Origin: an uncultured Magnetococcales bacterium
GTDB taxonomy: Bacteria > Pseudomonadota > Magnetococcia > Magnetococcales > CAYFNE01
Direction: 5' to 3'
Length of the DNA: 64,000 bases
NCBI GenBank assembly: GCA_964344355.1
Contig: CAYFNE010000007.1
Span: forward strand, 7,225 to 71,224
Shown here one piece after another: positions 17,664 through 26,871 of this stretch; within the stretch, counting starts at the first letter, position 1; every line of letters starts with the position of its first letter. Both the position numbers and the translations under genes were made by a program. The notes below the pieces were generated by a model. It was not told the origin of the DNA and searched no databases. It was given only the letters and a program-made list of their open reading frames with translations.

Positions 17664-19138
17664 CCCTCACCGGTAAAGCCGATTTGTCGATCTGGGGAGC
17701 GTCGGAGGGGACCGCTCCCCTGATCGGCCATCTGCGCCAGGCCGGTTTCCAGATCGGCCATATCGTCTCCCACGAGCGGCGCTGGCAGCGGATCGAAGGT
17801 ATCCAGGTGGTGCCGCCGGAGGCCTACCGGGCCACCATCGATTCGACCATACCGCTGGTCATCGACACCGGCGCCGGGGAGTCCGCCGACGGCCGATCGT
17901 TCCTGGCCGTCCAGGAGCGGATCCGGGATCGCTGGGGGTTGAACGACGTACAGATTCTTCATCCGCTGTTTCTCGCCGATCATCTGTTCCCCCGTTTCGC
18001 CGGCAAGGCCGCCATCATCGGTTGCAACCGTTCCGGCAGCACCTTTTTGTTTCATCTGTGCAAGGCCGTTTTGGATCTGCATCCACAACCGCCGGCCGAA
18101 GGCCTCCAGCGATTTTTGCAAACCAGTGCCCGGGACCATCTGCAAACCGTCGATCAACTCCTCACCGGGGCCTTCCAGGGGGAGGGGGCCGGGGAGGGGG
18201 CTGGCTATTGCGCCCAGGGGGCCACTCGTTTCGGAGGCATGGATTTTTTTGGCGCCGCCGAAAACCGGTTTTTCTTTCTCGCTCCGTTTCCCTGCCGGCG
18301 TTATCTGTTCGACACCGTGCATCGCAGCTATTCGCTGTTGGACCGGTCCATCGTCCAACGGTTGTCCCGGTCCGGTTACGCGCTGTTGACGCCATTGAGA
18401 AATCCACTGGATATCATCGTTTCCAACGCCTTCGAGCTGGAATATGTGTTTTTCCACATGTTTCCGGGCGGCGCCCTCGATCGGGTCGAGTCCGGTGTTC
18501 GAGAGGCGTATGGGCGTCGTTTTCTCGCCGATCCGGCCTGGTTCGAACAGATGGCGCTGTATGTGAAAAGGAACATGGAGGCCTATCTGGAACTGGCCGA
18601 TCACACCACCGGCATTCGCTATGAGATGCTGTTGAGTGATCCGCGGACCGCCATGCGCCGCCTGGCGTCGGCCCTCGACCGGGATGATGATGATGAAACC
18701 CTGGCAGAGATCTGGAAACGCCATGCCTTCAAGCCGCTGGCCGCCTTCAAATCCCACTATTTCCGGCCCGGGGAGGGCAAGTGGAAACAGTATCTGGGCC
18801 GCGAACAGCTGCGTATTCTGGCCGATCTGGACTATGGGGATCTGCTTGATGCCCTGGAGTATCCGCTGGACCTGTCCGGCGGCGGCGCCGACCTGCCGCC
18901 ATTGCCGCCGGTCCCCGGGGCCGATATGGCGCTGATGTTGGCGGTGCGGGATGCCATCTTCAGCCTGCAGTTCGATACCCGGTGCAGCCAAAACCATCCG
19001 GCGGTCACCGTTCAGATGGCGAAACCGCCGCTGTCCGGGCTGGGTTTCAGTTCCAACGATGGCCAATTTTTCAACCGGTTCCAAAGATTGAAAAGCGACG
19101 GCGCCTTTCAGGATCTGTATCAGGCGTTGACCGTTTGA
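17660..19138 (+). CDS. Sulfotransferase-family protein with extra ~120-aa N-terminal domain
   Basis: GTG start forming a GTGA overlap with the upstream stop. PAPS 5'-phosphosulfate-binding-type loop AAIIGCNRSGSTFLFHL. C-terminal FRPGEGKWKQYL is typical of sulfotransferases. Confidence 0.75.
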   Translation: MTLTGKADLSIWGASEGTAPLIGHLRQAGFQIGHIVSHERRWQRIEGIQVVPPEAYRATIDSTIPLVIDTGAGESADGRSFLAVQERIRDRWGLNDVQILHPLFLADHLFPRFAGKAAIIGCNRSGSTFLFHLCKAVLDLHPQPPAEGLQRFLQTSARDHLQTVDQLLTGAFQGEGAGEGAGYCAQGATRFGGMDFFGAAENRFFFLAPFPCRRYLFDTVHRSYSLLDRSIVQRLSRSGYALLTPLRNPLDIIVSNAFELEYVFFHMFPGGALDRVESGVREAYGRRFLADPAWFEQMALYVKRNMEAYLELADHTTGIRYEMLLSDPRTAMRRLASALDRDDDDETLAEIWKRHAFKPLAAFKSHYFRPGEGKWKQYLGREQLRILADLDYGDLLDALEYPLDLSGGGADLPPLPPVPGADMALMLAVRDAIFSLQFDTRCSQNHPAVTVQMAKPPLSGLGFSSNDGQFFNRFQRLKSDGAFQDLYQALTV

Positions 19139-19174
19139 TCGATTCGTTTTTGGGTTTTATCAGAAAGGCCGACG

Positions 19175-20251
19175 ATGAACATCATCGATATTGCGGGAAT
19201 CAACTGCCCGGTTTGTGATTCCGAGGTCGATCTGTTCGAACTGCCGTATCCCATGTTTCGCCACATGGATCATGGTTTTCACCGGCCCGGGCCGAAACAT
19301 GTGGCACACTGTTTCGGTTGTGGTTTGATATTCCGGGTCGCCGGCAAAAAGGCCTTGCGGGAGATCGGCGAAATCTACCGTTCCTTCGAATATTCAGCCA
19401 CCGCCGCCAATTTTCATCTGGTCTCCCAGGGTTCCGAAACCGCCCTGCAGGCCCGCACCGTTTTGCGCCATGTTCAGCGACGCGGCGCGGTGTTGGATGT
19501 TGGCTGTTTTGATGGGCGACTGCTCGACGAGTTGCATCGGGCCGGGTTCGGTGACTGTTTTGGCGTCGATCTGCGCAAACATCACCTGTTGCCGGAGCAT
19601 GTCCGGTTTTTCCCGGACATCGGCCGGATCGGGCACACCTTCGATCTGGTGACCGCCACCGGTTCCATACAGTATCTGCCCGATTTGAATCTGTTTTTCC
19701 GTACTGTCGCCGGTCTGCTCAAGGAGGATGGGGTTCTGTTCATCCAGACCACCAACATTCATACCAAACCGCTGTCGATGGTTCTCGGTGATCTCTACTA
19801 CCATTTTTCGGCCGATATTTTACGGCGGATCGGCGCCCGCCATGGTTTCATCGGTCGTCTGTTGCAGCCGGATTGGAACACCCGGGATATCGTCATGCTG
19901 CTGAAAAAAGGAATCCCGGATTCCCTGCCACCGGTCCAGGATGATGTGCGTCTCTGTCTGGAAAGGATCAAAACCCTGCGTGGTCATCTCGATGGCATCG
20001 GCCAGGAAGAGACGATGGTGTTCGGCACCACCCTGGAGGCCAGTTTCGTGGAGCATTTCCTGGGCGGCAGAACGGTGGGATTCGTGGACGAGAACGAGAA
20101 CAAGAAAAATTTCAAGGACAAGCCGGTCATCCACCCCTCGGCGGTGGCCGAAGGGCGGGTGGTCCTGGTGCCCATGTTTGAAATCGGGCGGGAGTTGACC
20201 GCCCGCCTGAATCGGGAATATGCCGGTCGTTTCGTGAACATTGCGGAGTGA
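19175..20251 (+). CDS. SAM-dependent methyltransferase with N-terminal zinc ribbon (sugar C-methyltransferase-like architecture)
   Basis: CPVCDS...HCFGCG zinc ribbon, SAM motif I VLDVGCFDGRLLDEL, and an extra C-terminal domain as in NDP-hexose C-methyltransferases. Confidence 0.75.
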   Translation: MNIIDIAGINCPVCDSEVDLFELPYPMFRHMDHGFHRPGPKHVAHCFGCGLIFRVAGKKALREIGEIYRSFEYSATAANFHLVSQGSETALQARTVLRHVQRRGAVLDVGCFDGRLLDELHRAGFGDCFGVDLRKHHLLPEHVRFFPDIGRIGHTFDLVTATGSIQYLPDLNLFFRTVAGLLKEDGVLFIQTTNIHTKPLSMVLGDLYYHFSADILRRIGARHGFIGRLLQPDWNTRDIVMLLKKGIPDSLPPVQDDVRLCLERIKTLRGHLDGIGQEETMVFGTTLEASFVEHFLGGRTVGFVDENENKKNFKDKPVIHPSAVAEGRVVLVPMFEIGRELTARLNREYAGRFVNIAE

Positions 20252-20268
20252 TCCGTTCCCGACCGCGA

Positions 20269-20766
20269 TTACGGCCAGGCGGCCCGTTTCAAAAAGGCCG
20301 TCAACGCCGTCGGTTCCTCCGGTGACCATTCCGGGTAAAATCCTTCCGCCTTGCTGAAGGGGCCGGTGATGGTCTCGTGCAGGACCACCGGATCGGTTTC
20401 CGGGACACAGGCGTAACATTCTCCATGAGAGAGCCGGGTCAGGAACGGGCGGTTCCCTTGCCGTTCACCGAGGACGATGAGACGCCGGACGCTGCCGTCA
20501 TCGTTGAAAACCGGTACCCGCAGAACCCCTTCCAAAATCATGATGGAAACGCTCTTGTGACGATGACGGTGGGGACGGTCCAGGGAGCGCCGGGTGTGGA
20601 CGATGATCATCTCCTGGATGGGATCATCATGATCGGGATGCAGGCACAGTCGGGCCCGGCCCAACTCGGAGCTTCTGGCCACCTTTTTGATGTGCTCCAA
20701 CCGTTCCTGGTCGATCAGGGGCTGGGGTTGGGGGGTGAACAGCGCAACGGATGGAATGGTTGTCAT
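20269..20766 (-). CDS. WbuC-family cupin-fold protein
   Basis: 165 aa. GRARLCLHPDHDDPIQEMIIVHTRRSLDRPHRHRHKSVSIMILEG resembles the WbuC cupin found in glycan loci. ATGA overlap with the upstream gene (20763-20766). Confidence 0.7.
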   Translation of the reverse strand: MTTIPSVALFTPQPQPLIDQERLEHIKKVARSSELGRARLCLHPDHDDPIQEMIIVHTRRSLDRPHRHRHKSVSIMILEGVLRVPVFNDDGSVRRLIVLGERQGNRPFLTRLSHGECYACVPETDPVVLHETITGPFSKAEGFYPEWSPEEPTALTAFLKRAAWP

Positions 20767-23700
20767 GAAACGGCCCTGTGTTTCTCTGGTGATCCGGCCC
20801 CCCGCATTTGACGCAACAGGTTCAAATTGGGATGCTTCGAATCCAGGGATTCTATCATGAACAGGGCGGTTTCATAGGTTTTCATATCACCCGCCTGAAG
20901 AGCGGCCAGGGCCAGTATCGACAACAGTTCCGGATTGGTTACACCGAAGGCCACCCCTTTTTTCAACAGTTCCAAGGCTTCCCGTTCCTTCTTGAGGCTC
21001 ACCAGGATCTGTCCGAGTTGAATCCAGGCATCGATCTGGTGTTCATTCAGGTCGATCGCCTGGCGAAACGAGGTCATCGCTCCATTGAGGTCGCCGGCAT
21101 TCATGTGGGCGATGCCGAGTTGGGCATGGACCTCGGCGGCGTCGGGATGGTGTTTCAAGGCCTGCTTCAAGGTTCGCACGGCGGCGGTGGTGTTTTTCAG
21201 GCTGTTTTGCAGGGTGGCCAGGAACAGGGCCAGTTCGAGGTTTTCAGGGAACCGTTGCAGATGGTGCCGCAACTCGGATTCCGCCTTTTGCAGATGGCCG
21301 GTGCGGGTCAAATCGCTGGCTTGGGCGAGCAGGAGCCTGGCCACCAGGTCGGGGCTTTTTCCGAAACCGCACTCGGGTTTTTCAGGCAACAGGGGGACCT
21401 CTTTCCGGGTATCGTTGAACTGATCCCGCCAGGCTCGCCAGAGGATCTCCCGGATTTGCAACCATTCCTGCAGGGGATCTCCCGAGTCATGGGGCCAGGC
21501 TCGCCGCTCCATTTTCAGGCTGAAAAGCAGTGTTGGCAACATCAGGTGCCGCCATAGGCGCGCCCCGACCGGCGCTTTGTATCCCCAGGCCTTTCCTTTG
21601 GCCGCCAACAGCAATTTCAACCGTAGGCGGTCGAAGAGGGGGAGGTGTTTTTCATACCGCTCCTTGAGACTGACCGGGGAAAAGCCGGTTTGACGTTCGC
21701 TGCCGGTATAGGTGCGGTACCACCACTGTTTTCCATCGAAGGTGCTGTTGAGCAGGGAGTCGTTCCAGGAGAGACCGAGCCAGGAGGCGATCCGGCTCAT
21801 CGTTTCCCGGGGATTGGTTTTGAGATTTTCGAAGGTGACCGCCCGGGAACGGTGTGCATACTCCGGCAAGGTCGGGGGGCCGCCAAAAAAATGGTCGTTG
21901 AGCAACCAGGCCAGAATGTCTTGGGTAATGGCTGGTTTACCCGGTTTGACCAAGTGTTCGACATAGTGGGAAAAATGCGATCCCAGGGAGCGGATCGGCT
22001 GTCGCACGATATGGAGAAAGAGGGTATCGGGAAAATCGTGGGTCAACATCCGGCAACGATGCGGATTGACGTTGTGCATCTGGAAAAGGATCAACGGATT
22101 GGCCGGGGCCGTGCGTCCCAACGCTTCATGATAGGCCAGATGCACCGCCTGGAAAAATCGTTGGCGGTTTTGTTCTTCCTCCGGACCGAGATGGTCGAGC
22201 AGGGAACGGATGAACCGGACCGGGGAAACGCCGATGGGCTCGTTTTGATCGGGACCCATATGGGTAAAAGTTTCGCCGTTGGCGCCCGGGCAGGGGTTGC
22301 GGGTATCGAAAAACACTGAATAGAAGCGTATGAAGGAGACGATCCGTTGCTTGGGCGTCTCATCCTTTGTCTGCTCCCAAAAATCGAAAAATTTGGTGAA
22401 ATAGCCGGGTATGCTGAGCACGTCGGGGTGGGAATCGAGCAGGCTCTGCAAAAACAGCGTGCCGCTGTCGCCATAACAGACGATCGCCGCCACCCGTTCC
22501 GGCAGGATGACTTCCGGGTTTTTCCCGGTGTCCATCCGGTCCGTTGCGGAGGGGGACCGCTCTTTGAACAGGTTGAGGGTCGGGTGTTTGGGATGGAGCA
22601 GATCGATCATGAACCGGCCGATATCATAGGTCGGTCCATCATCGTTTTCCCGGGCGGCCAGGGTCAGGTGGATCCAGGCATCCAGATTGTCGACGCCATG
22701 CCGAACCGCCCGTTCCAGTTGTTCCTGGGCGGCCCTGTTTTGGCCCCGGCCAAGCAGAACCTGACCGAGGATGAGGTGCGCCTTGGTCTGGCAGGGATCG
22801 ATTTCGAGGGCTTTTTCACAGGCGGCGGCTGCGGCGACCGGGTCTTGTGGTAATTTTCCATCCTGGGACATGTGGATGGTTGCGCACATGACGTGGAGAT
22901 CGGCACTGTCGGCGGCGAGGGAGAGGGTGGTTTTCAGCGTTTCCAAAGCCGCCTTGGGACTGCCGACCGACAGGTAGAGCGTGGCCAACAACCGGGCCAG
23001 TTGGGGATTTTTGGAAAAGTGATGAAAATGGGGGGTGAGCGCGGATATGGCTTCCGTCCGGCGGTTCGCCGCCATCAATGGCTCGATCTGCTTGATCAGG
23101 CTGCTCACCACCTGATCGGAAGCCTGTTCGAAACCTCGGCCCGGTTGTTCCTCCAGCAACTTCAACTCCGGACGGGTTTCCCGGAACAGATCCTTCCAGG
23201 TCTGCCACAGGATCTGCCGGATGATGAACCAGTCGGCCAATGCGCGGTTACTGTAATTGGGCCAGGCCAGGGTTTCCATGCGGAAGGAGAACAGGAGGAA
23301 CGGAAACAACATCGTTCGGACCCACCGCCAGTTTTGCCAGGCGGATGTCGGATAGTTCCAGTACCGAAGTTTGGCCGACAGGAGAATTTTCAACCGCAGC
23401 CGGTCGAACGGGGTATAGTAGGTGTCATGTTTGCGCTTGAGGGCGGTATCGGAGAAGCCGGTGATCTCCTCTCCCTTTGCGGCCTTGAACCAATATTGCA
23501 AACCATCCAGGGTGCTTTCCAACAGACTGTCGTTCCAGGAGATACCCAACCAATTGCAGACCTTTCGCAGGGTTTCCCGGGGGTTTTTCTTGAGATCCTC
23601 GAGCCGTACCGCCCGGGAGCGATCCGTATAACCGGATAAAACCGGTTTTCCTCCCATTAGAATGGCGTTCATCACCCAGGCGAGGTTATCGGCAAAGATG

Positions 23701-24269
23701 GGTCTTTCATCGGAGTTGCTGCGGTAATGGGAGCCCAGGGACTGGATGGGGTCCCGAATCATGTGCAGAAAAAGGGTGTTTGGAAAATCGCGTACCAGTT
23801 CCCGGGCTCGGCCCGGATGGGGGTTGTGCAGGGAATAGACCAGGACAGGGTTTTCGATGGGGGGACGTCCCAGGGCTTCGTGATAGGCCAGATGCAGCGC
23901 CTGGAACAGAAGTTTGCGCGATACCCGGGGGGTATCGCCGAGCAATCGTTTCATCGCCGGGAAAAAGATCAGTGGATCGATGCCCAGTACCTGGTCCCGG
24001 TTCGGCCCGAGGTTGGTGAACTCCCCACCGACCGGGCACTTGTTTCGCGCATCGAAAAAGGCGGCGAAGTACCGGGTGAGCGCCCCGATCGCATCCTTGG
24101 ACGACAGCCCCTTGGCCTCGTCCCAGAATCGGCAGAAAAACGTTTCCAGATAACCGGGAAGGATCAACAGTTCAGGGTGACCATCCAACAGGCTGTGCAT
24201 GAAATAGGAGCCGCTACGGCCATAGAACATGATCGCAACCACCCGTTCCGGCAAGCTTGATGATGTCAT
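20763..24269 (-). CDS. Tandem-duplicated [sulfotransferase-like + TPR] protein, 1168 aa
   Basis: Two colinear ~583-aa modules, with LPERV at residues 6 and 589. Each has a P-loop-like sulfotransferase N-terminus (MFYGRSGSYFMHSLLDGHPELL / VCYGDSGTLFLQSLLDSHPDVL), a shared HLAYHEALGR, and C-terminal TPR repeats. Confidence 0.8.
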   Translation of the reverse strand: MTSSSLPERVVAIMFYGRSGSYFMHSLLDGHPELLILPGYLETFFCRFWDEAKGLSSKDAIGALTRYFAAFFDARNKCPVGGEFTNLGPNRDQVLGIDPLIFFPAMKRLLGDTPRVSRKLLFQALHLAYHEALGRPPIENPVLVYSLHNPHPGRARELVRDFPNTLFLHMIRDPIQSLGSHYRSNSDERPIFADNLAWVMNAILMGGKPVLSGYTDRSRAVRLEDLKKNPRETLRKVCNWLGISWNDSLLESTLDGLQYWFKAAKGEEITGFSDTALKRKHDTYYTPFDRLRLKILLSAKLRYWNYPTSAWQNWRWVRTMLFPFLLFSFRMETLAWPNYSNRALADWFIIRQILWQTWKDLFRETRPELKLLEEQPGRGFEQASDQVVSSLIKQIEPLMAANRRTEAISALTPHFHHFSKNPQLARLLATLYLSVGSPKAALETLKTTLSLAADSADLHVMCATIHMSQDGKLPQDPVAAAAACEKALEIDPCQTKAHLILGQVLLGRGQNRAAQEQLERAVRHGVDNLDAWIHLTLAARENDDGPTYDIGRFMIDLLHPKHPTLNLFKERSPSATDRMDTGKNPEVILPERVAAIVCYGDSGTLFLQSLLDSHPDVLSIPGYFTKFFDFWEQTKDETPKQRIVSFIRFYSVFFDTRNPCPGANGETFTHMGPDQNEPIGVSPVRFIRSLLDHLGPEEEQNRQRFFQAVHLAYHEALGRTAPANPLILFQMHNVNPHRCRMLTHDFPDTLFLHIVRQPIRSLGSHFSHYVEHLVKPGKPAITQDILAWLLNDHFFGGPPTLPEYAHRSRAVTFENLKTNPRETMSRIASWLGLSWNDSLLNSTFDGKQWWYRTYTGSERQTGFSPVSLKERYEKHLPLFDRLRLKLLLAAKGKAWGYKAPVGARLWRHLMLPTLLFSLKMERRAWPHDSGDPLQEWLQIREILWRAWRDQFNDTRKEVPLLPEKPECGFGKSPDLVARLLLAQASDLTRTGHLQKAESELRHHLQRFPENLELALFLATLQNSLKNTTAAVRTLKQALKHHPDAAEVHAQLGIAHMNAGDLNGAMTSFRQAIDLNEHQIDAWIQLGQILVSLKKEREALELLKKGVAFGVTNPELLSILALAALQAGDMKTYETALFMIESLDSKHPNLNLLRQMRGAGSPEKHRAVS

Positions 24270-24843
24270 TTTTTATGCTTTCTTTTGAACCAGAATCTCT
24301 GGTTTGTTTTCAGAAGTACGGAACACTCCCTTGCTTGGGCCAAGTATGGGGCGGTGAATGGGAGTGTCGGTTTTTCGACTATGGACAAAGGCTATCAATC
24401 AGGAAAATCTTGCAAAAATCAGACCGAATGAAAGGTTGGTACCGTTCAACGCCAATGGTCATTTTGTTTCTCCCCCGACCCAGGACTGAAATCGATCAAC
24501 TTCGTTGGTTTGCAACGGCATGGTTGTCAATTTCCTGGCTTTCCCGGTCGGTTTTAACGGGATGAAAGGGGTTTGATTTTTGCATGATGCGCTCCCGGAT
24601 ACGGTCCTGCGCAGGGCCGGTGGATCGTTGCGCCGCTGGTGGTTTCGTTGCGAACCCGGGGAAAAGCAGGGCTGGATAGGGGTGTGACATGTTTTCATTA
24701 ATGGTATATGTTCATAGCCATTGGTTGACACCCCGGCACTCCTTTGCCCGTTCCGGCAACGGAGACGGCAGTACATTATTTTATCGGACCAATTTTGGAT
24801 CAGCCACTTTGTGATCCTGTTTTCACGTACGAGGAATCAAACC

Positions 24844-25596
24844 ATGAAAACCCAATGGGAATACACCGATCTGGCGGATGCCTATCTGAAACGGCCCGAT
24901 TATTCGGATGAGGCCATTCAGGCCATGTTGAACCATTCCGGTCTGGACGATTCCGCCCATGTCTGTGATGTGGGGGCGGGTGTGGCGCATTTGACCATCA
25001 AGCTGGCCGAACAGGGTTTCCAGGTCGATGCGGTGGAACCCAACGATGCCATGCGCAGCAACGGTATCCGGCGCACGGAACGGTTCGCCAATATCAACTG
25101 GTTCGAAGGGACCGGCGAAGAGACCGGTCGTCCGGACAACGGTTATCATCTGGTGACCTTCGGTTCTTCGTTCAATGTTTGCGACCGGTCCAAGGCGTTG
25201 TTGGAGACCCGGCGCATCTTGAAACCGCGGGGCTGGTTCGCCTGCATGTGGAATCATCGCGATTTGAAGGACCCCATTCAAAAATCGATCGAGGGGATCA
25301 TCGCTTCGCAGATCGACGGTTATGATTATGGCAGCCGTCGTGAGGATCAAACGGAGGTGATCGATCAAAGCGGTCTGTTCGGCGAGGTGTTCAAGATCGA
25401 AGGGGCGGTTTCCCACCGACAGACCATTGCCGACTGTGTGGAGGCCTGGCGCTCCCACGCCACCCTGCAACGCCAGGCCGGCGACCATTTCGGCAGGATC
25501 GTCGACGAGATCGAAAAAATGTTGTTGGGATTGGACGAACCGAACATCATCATTCCCTATACCACCCGGCTGTGGATGGCGCAGTTGCGGGCGTAA
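24844..25596 (+). CDS. Class I SAM-dependent methyltransferase
   Basis: ORF track 24721..25596. Start set to ATG 24844 (MKTQWEYTDLADAYL), preceded by GAGGAA. Motif I VCDVGAGVAHLTIKLAEQGF. Post-I and motif II region ILKPRGWF. Confidence 0.85.
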   Translation: MKTQWEYTDLADAYLKRPDYSDEAIQAMLNHSGLDDSAHVCDVGAGVAHLTIKLAEQGFQVDAVEPNDAMRSNGIRRTERFANINWFEGTGEETGRPDNGYHLVTFGSSFNVCDRSKALLETRRILKPRGWFACMWNHRDLKDPIQKSIEGIIASQIDGYDYGSRREDQTEVIDQSGLFGEVFKIEGAVSHRQTIADCVEAWRSHATLQRQAGDHFGRIVDEIEKMLLGLDEPNIIIPYTTRLWMAQLRA

Positions 25597-25624
25597 CCAT
25601 CCGGCATCGGTTGGCCGGTTGGTT
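25595..25624. terminator. Hairpin filling the spacer between convergent genes (possible bidirectional terminator)
   Basis: AACCA-T-CCGGC atcggttg GCCGG-T-TGGTT: 10 bp of stem with one T.T mismatch. It occupies the 27-nt gap between the stops at 25596 and 25624. No clear U-tract. Confidence 0.35.
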
Positions 25625-26172
25625 CAGGGTTCGGCGTTCACCGCCCGGGGGGGATCCAGCCGTCGACGGGTTTCAAGAATCCGGTCGGCCTGCTCGGACG
25701 GTGATCGGCTGCCATCGTTGTCCAGAATCAGGTCCGGTCGTTTCGGCGCCTGGTAGGCCAAATCGACGCCCATGAGATTGTTCAACTCGCCATCGCGGTT
25801 TTTCTGATAGAGCCGTTTGGAATCGCGGGCGGTGAGGACTGCCATGGGCGCCCGGACATAGACCTCGAAATAGTCCCGGACATTGTCCCGGTTCCAGGCC
25901 TGCACCTCATGGAACAGGGAGATGGTGGCGCAGACCACATCGATCCCCTGATCGACCAGATAGTGGCAGAGCCGGGCATATTTCATGGCCAACCGCAATC
26001 GCTCCTCCGGCGAGTAGGAGCCGGAAACGGCGAACACCCGTCGCAGTTCATCGCCATCGAGCATGACCACATTCGGTTTTTCCGCCTTCAGGGCGGCATA
26101 CAGTTCTCGGCCGATGGTGGTCTTGCCGGCCCCGGAAAGACCGGTCAACCAAAACAAAGTCGCCATAACCAC
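25624..26172 (-). CDS. cysC: Adenylylsulfate (APS) kinase
   Basis: 182 aa. LFWLTGLSGAGKTTIGRELY...VVMLDGDELR...FEVYVRAP is typical CysC. Confidence 0.9.
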   Translation of the reverse strand: MVMATLFWLTGLSGAGKTTIGRELYAALKAEKPNVVMLDGDELRRVFAVSGSYSPEERLRLAMKYARLCHYLVDQGIDVVCATISLFHEVQAWNRDNVRDYFEVYVRAPMAVLTARDSKRLYQKNRDGELNNLMGVDLAYQAPKRPDLILDNDGSRSPSEQADRILETRRRLDPPRAVNAEP

Positions 26173-26175
26173 TCT

Positions 26176-26871
26176 TCATCCACAGTTGAAGAAAGTCCGC
26201 AGCAACCGGCCATCCGCCGCCTCGAACGGCCGGTTGCGCTCCGGATGCCACATGATGCCCAGCACGCGTCCATCGACCTGTTCCAGGGCTTCGATGGTGC
26301 CGTCCTCCGCCCGTGCCGAAACCCGGAACTCCCGGTGGTTCATCTCATTTAAGACATGGTTGTGATAGGAGTTCACCCCCGCCGGACGATCGAGGAGGGA
26401 TCGAAAATGCCCGGTCTCGTCGGCGATGAGTCGATGATTTTGCCCAACATGACCCGCCTTTCGTTTCACGAAGAATCCCAGCCGCCAAGCCAAAAACTGC
26501 ATGCCCCGGCAGACGCCCAACAGCGGCAATCCCCGCTCCCGGGCCAGTTCCAGCAGTTGGCCCTCCTGCTGATCCCGTTGCCGGGAGAGGGGGTCATCGT
26601 TCAATGCGCTCAGATCGTTGCCTCCGGAAAGAATGATGCCGACCGGTTGCAGGGTGTTCACATAATGAACCGCCTCCACCCCCGGCAACAGGGGTACCGG
26701 CAACAGGTCCAGTGAGGCCAGAAAAGCCCCCCAATTTTCATCCAGGCAGGCCCGTGTTTCCGGATAGGTGTCGTTTCCGACCAATCGTTGACTGATCAAT
26801 ACCGCTTTCAATTCAACACCATGACCGTTTTTTCGGAACAGTTCAGCTCCAGCAGGGAGGCGCGGCTCCAA
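26176..26871 (-). CDS. Class I glutamine amidotransferase-like / peptidase C26 (gamma-glutamyl hydrolase family)
   Basis: GVCRGMQFL nucleophile elbow and MWHPE motif. The ATG at 26871 would overlap the upstream gene by 64 nt. An in-frame TTG at 26811 (LKAVLISQRL...) gives a TTGA start/stop overlap and may be the true start. Confidence 0.8.
   Translation of the reverse strand: MEPRLPAGAELFRKNGHGVELKAVLISQRLVGNDTYPETRACLDENWGAFLASLDLLPVPLLPGVEAVHYVNTLQPVGIILSGGNDLSALNDDPLSRQRDQQEGQLLELARERGLPLLGVCRGMQFLAWRLGFFVKRKAGHVGQNHRLIADETGHFRSLLDRPAGVNSYHNHVLNEMNHREFRVSARAEDGTIEALEQVDGRVLGIMWHPERNRPFEAADGRLLRTFFNCG

Noticed and set aside
24735-24748. GGCACtccTTTGC sigma-54-like string ~95 nt upstream of the methyltransferase ATG 24844
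   Set aside because: The spacing is 1 nt shorter than canonical. It is kept only as a note because three correctly spaced elements occur elsewhere in the island.
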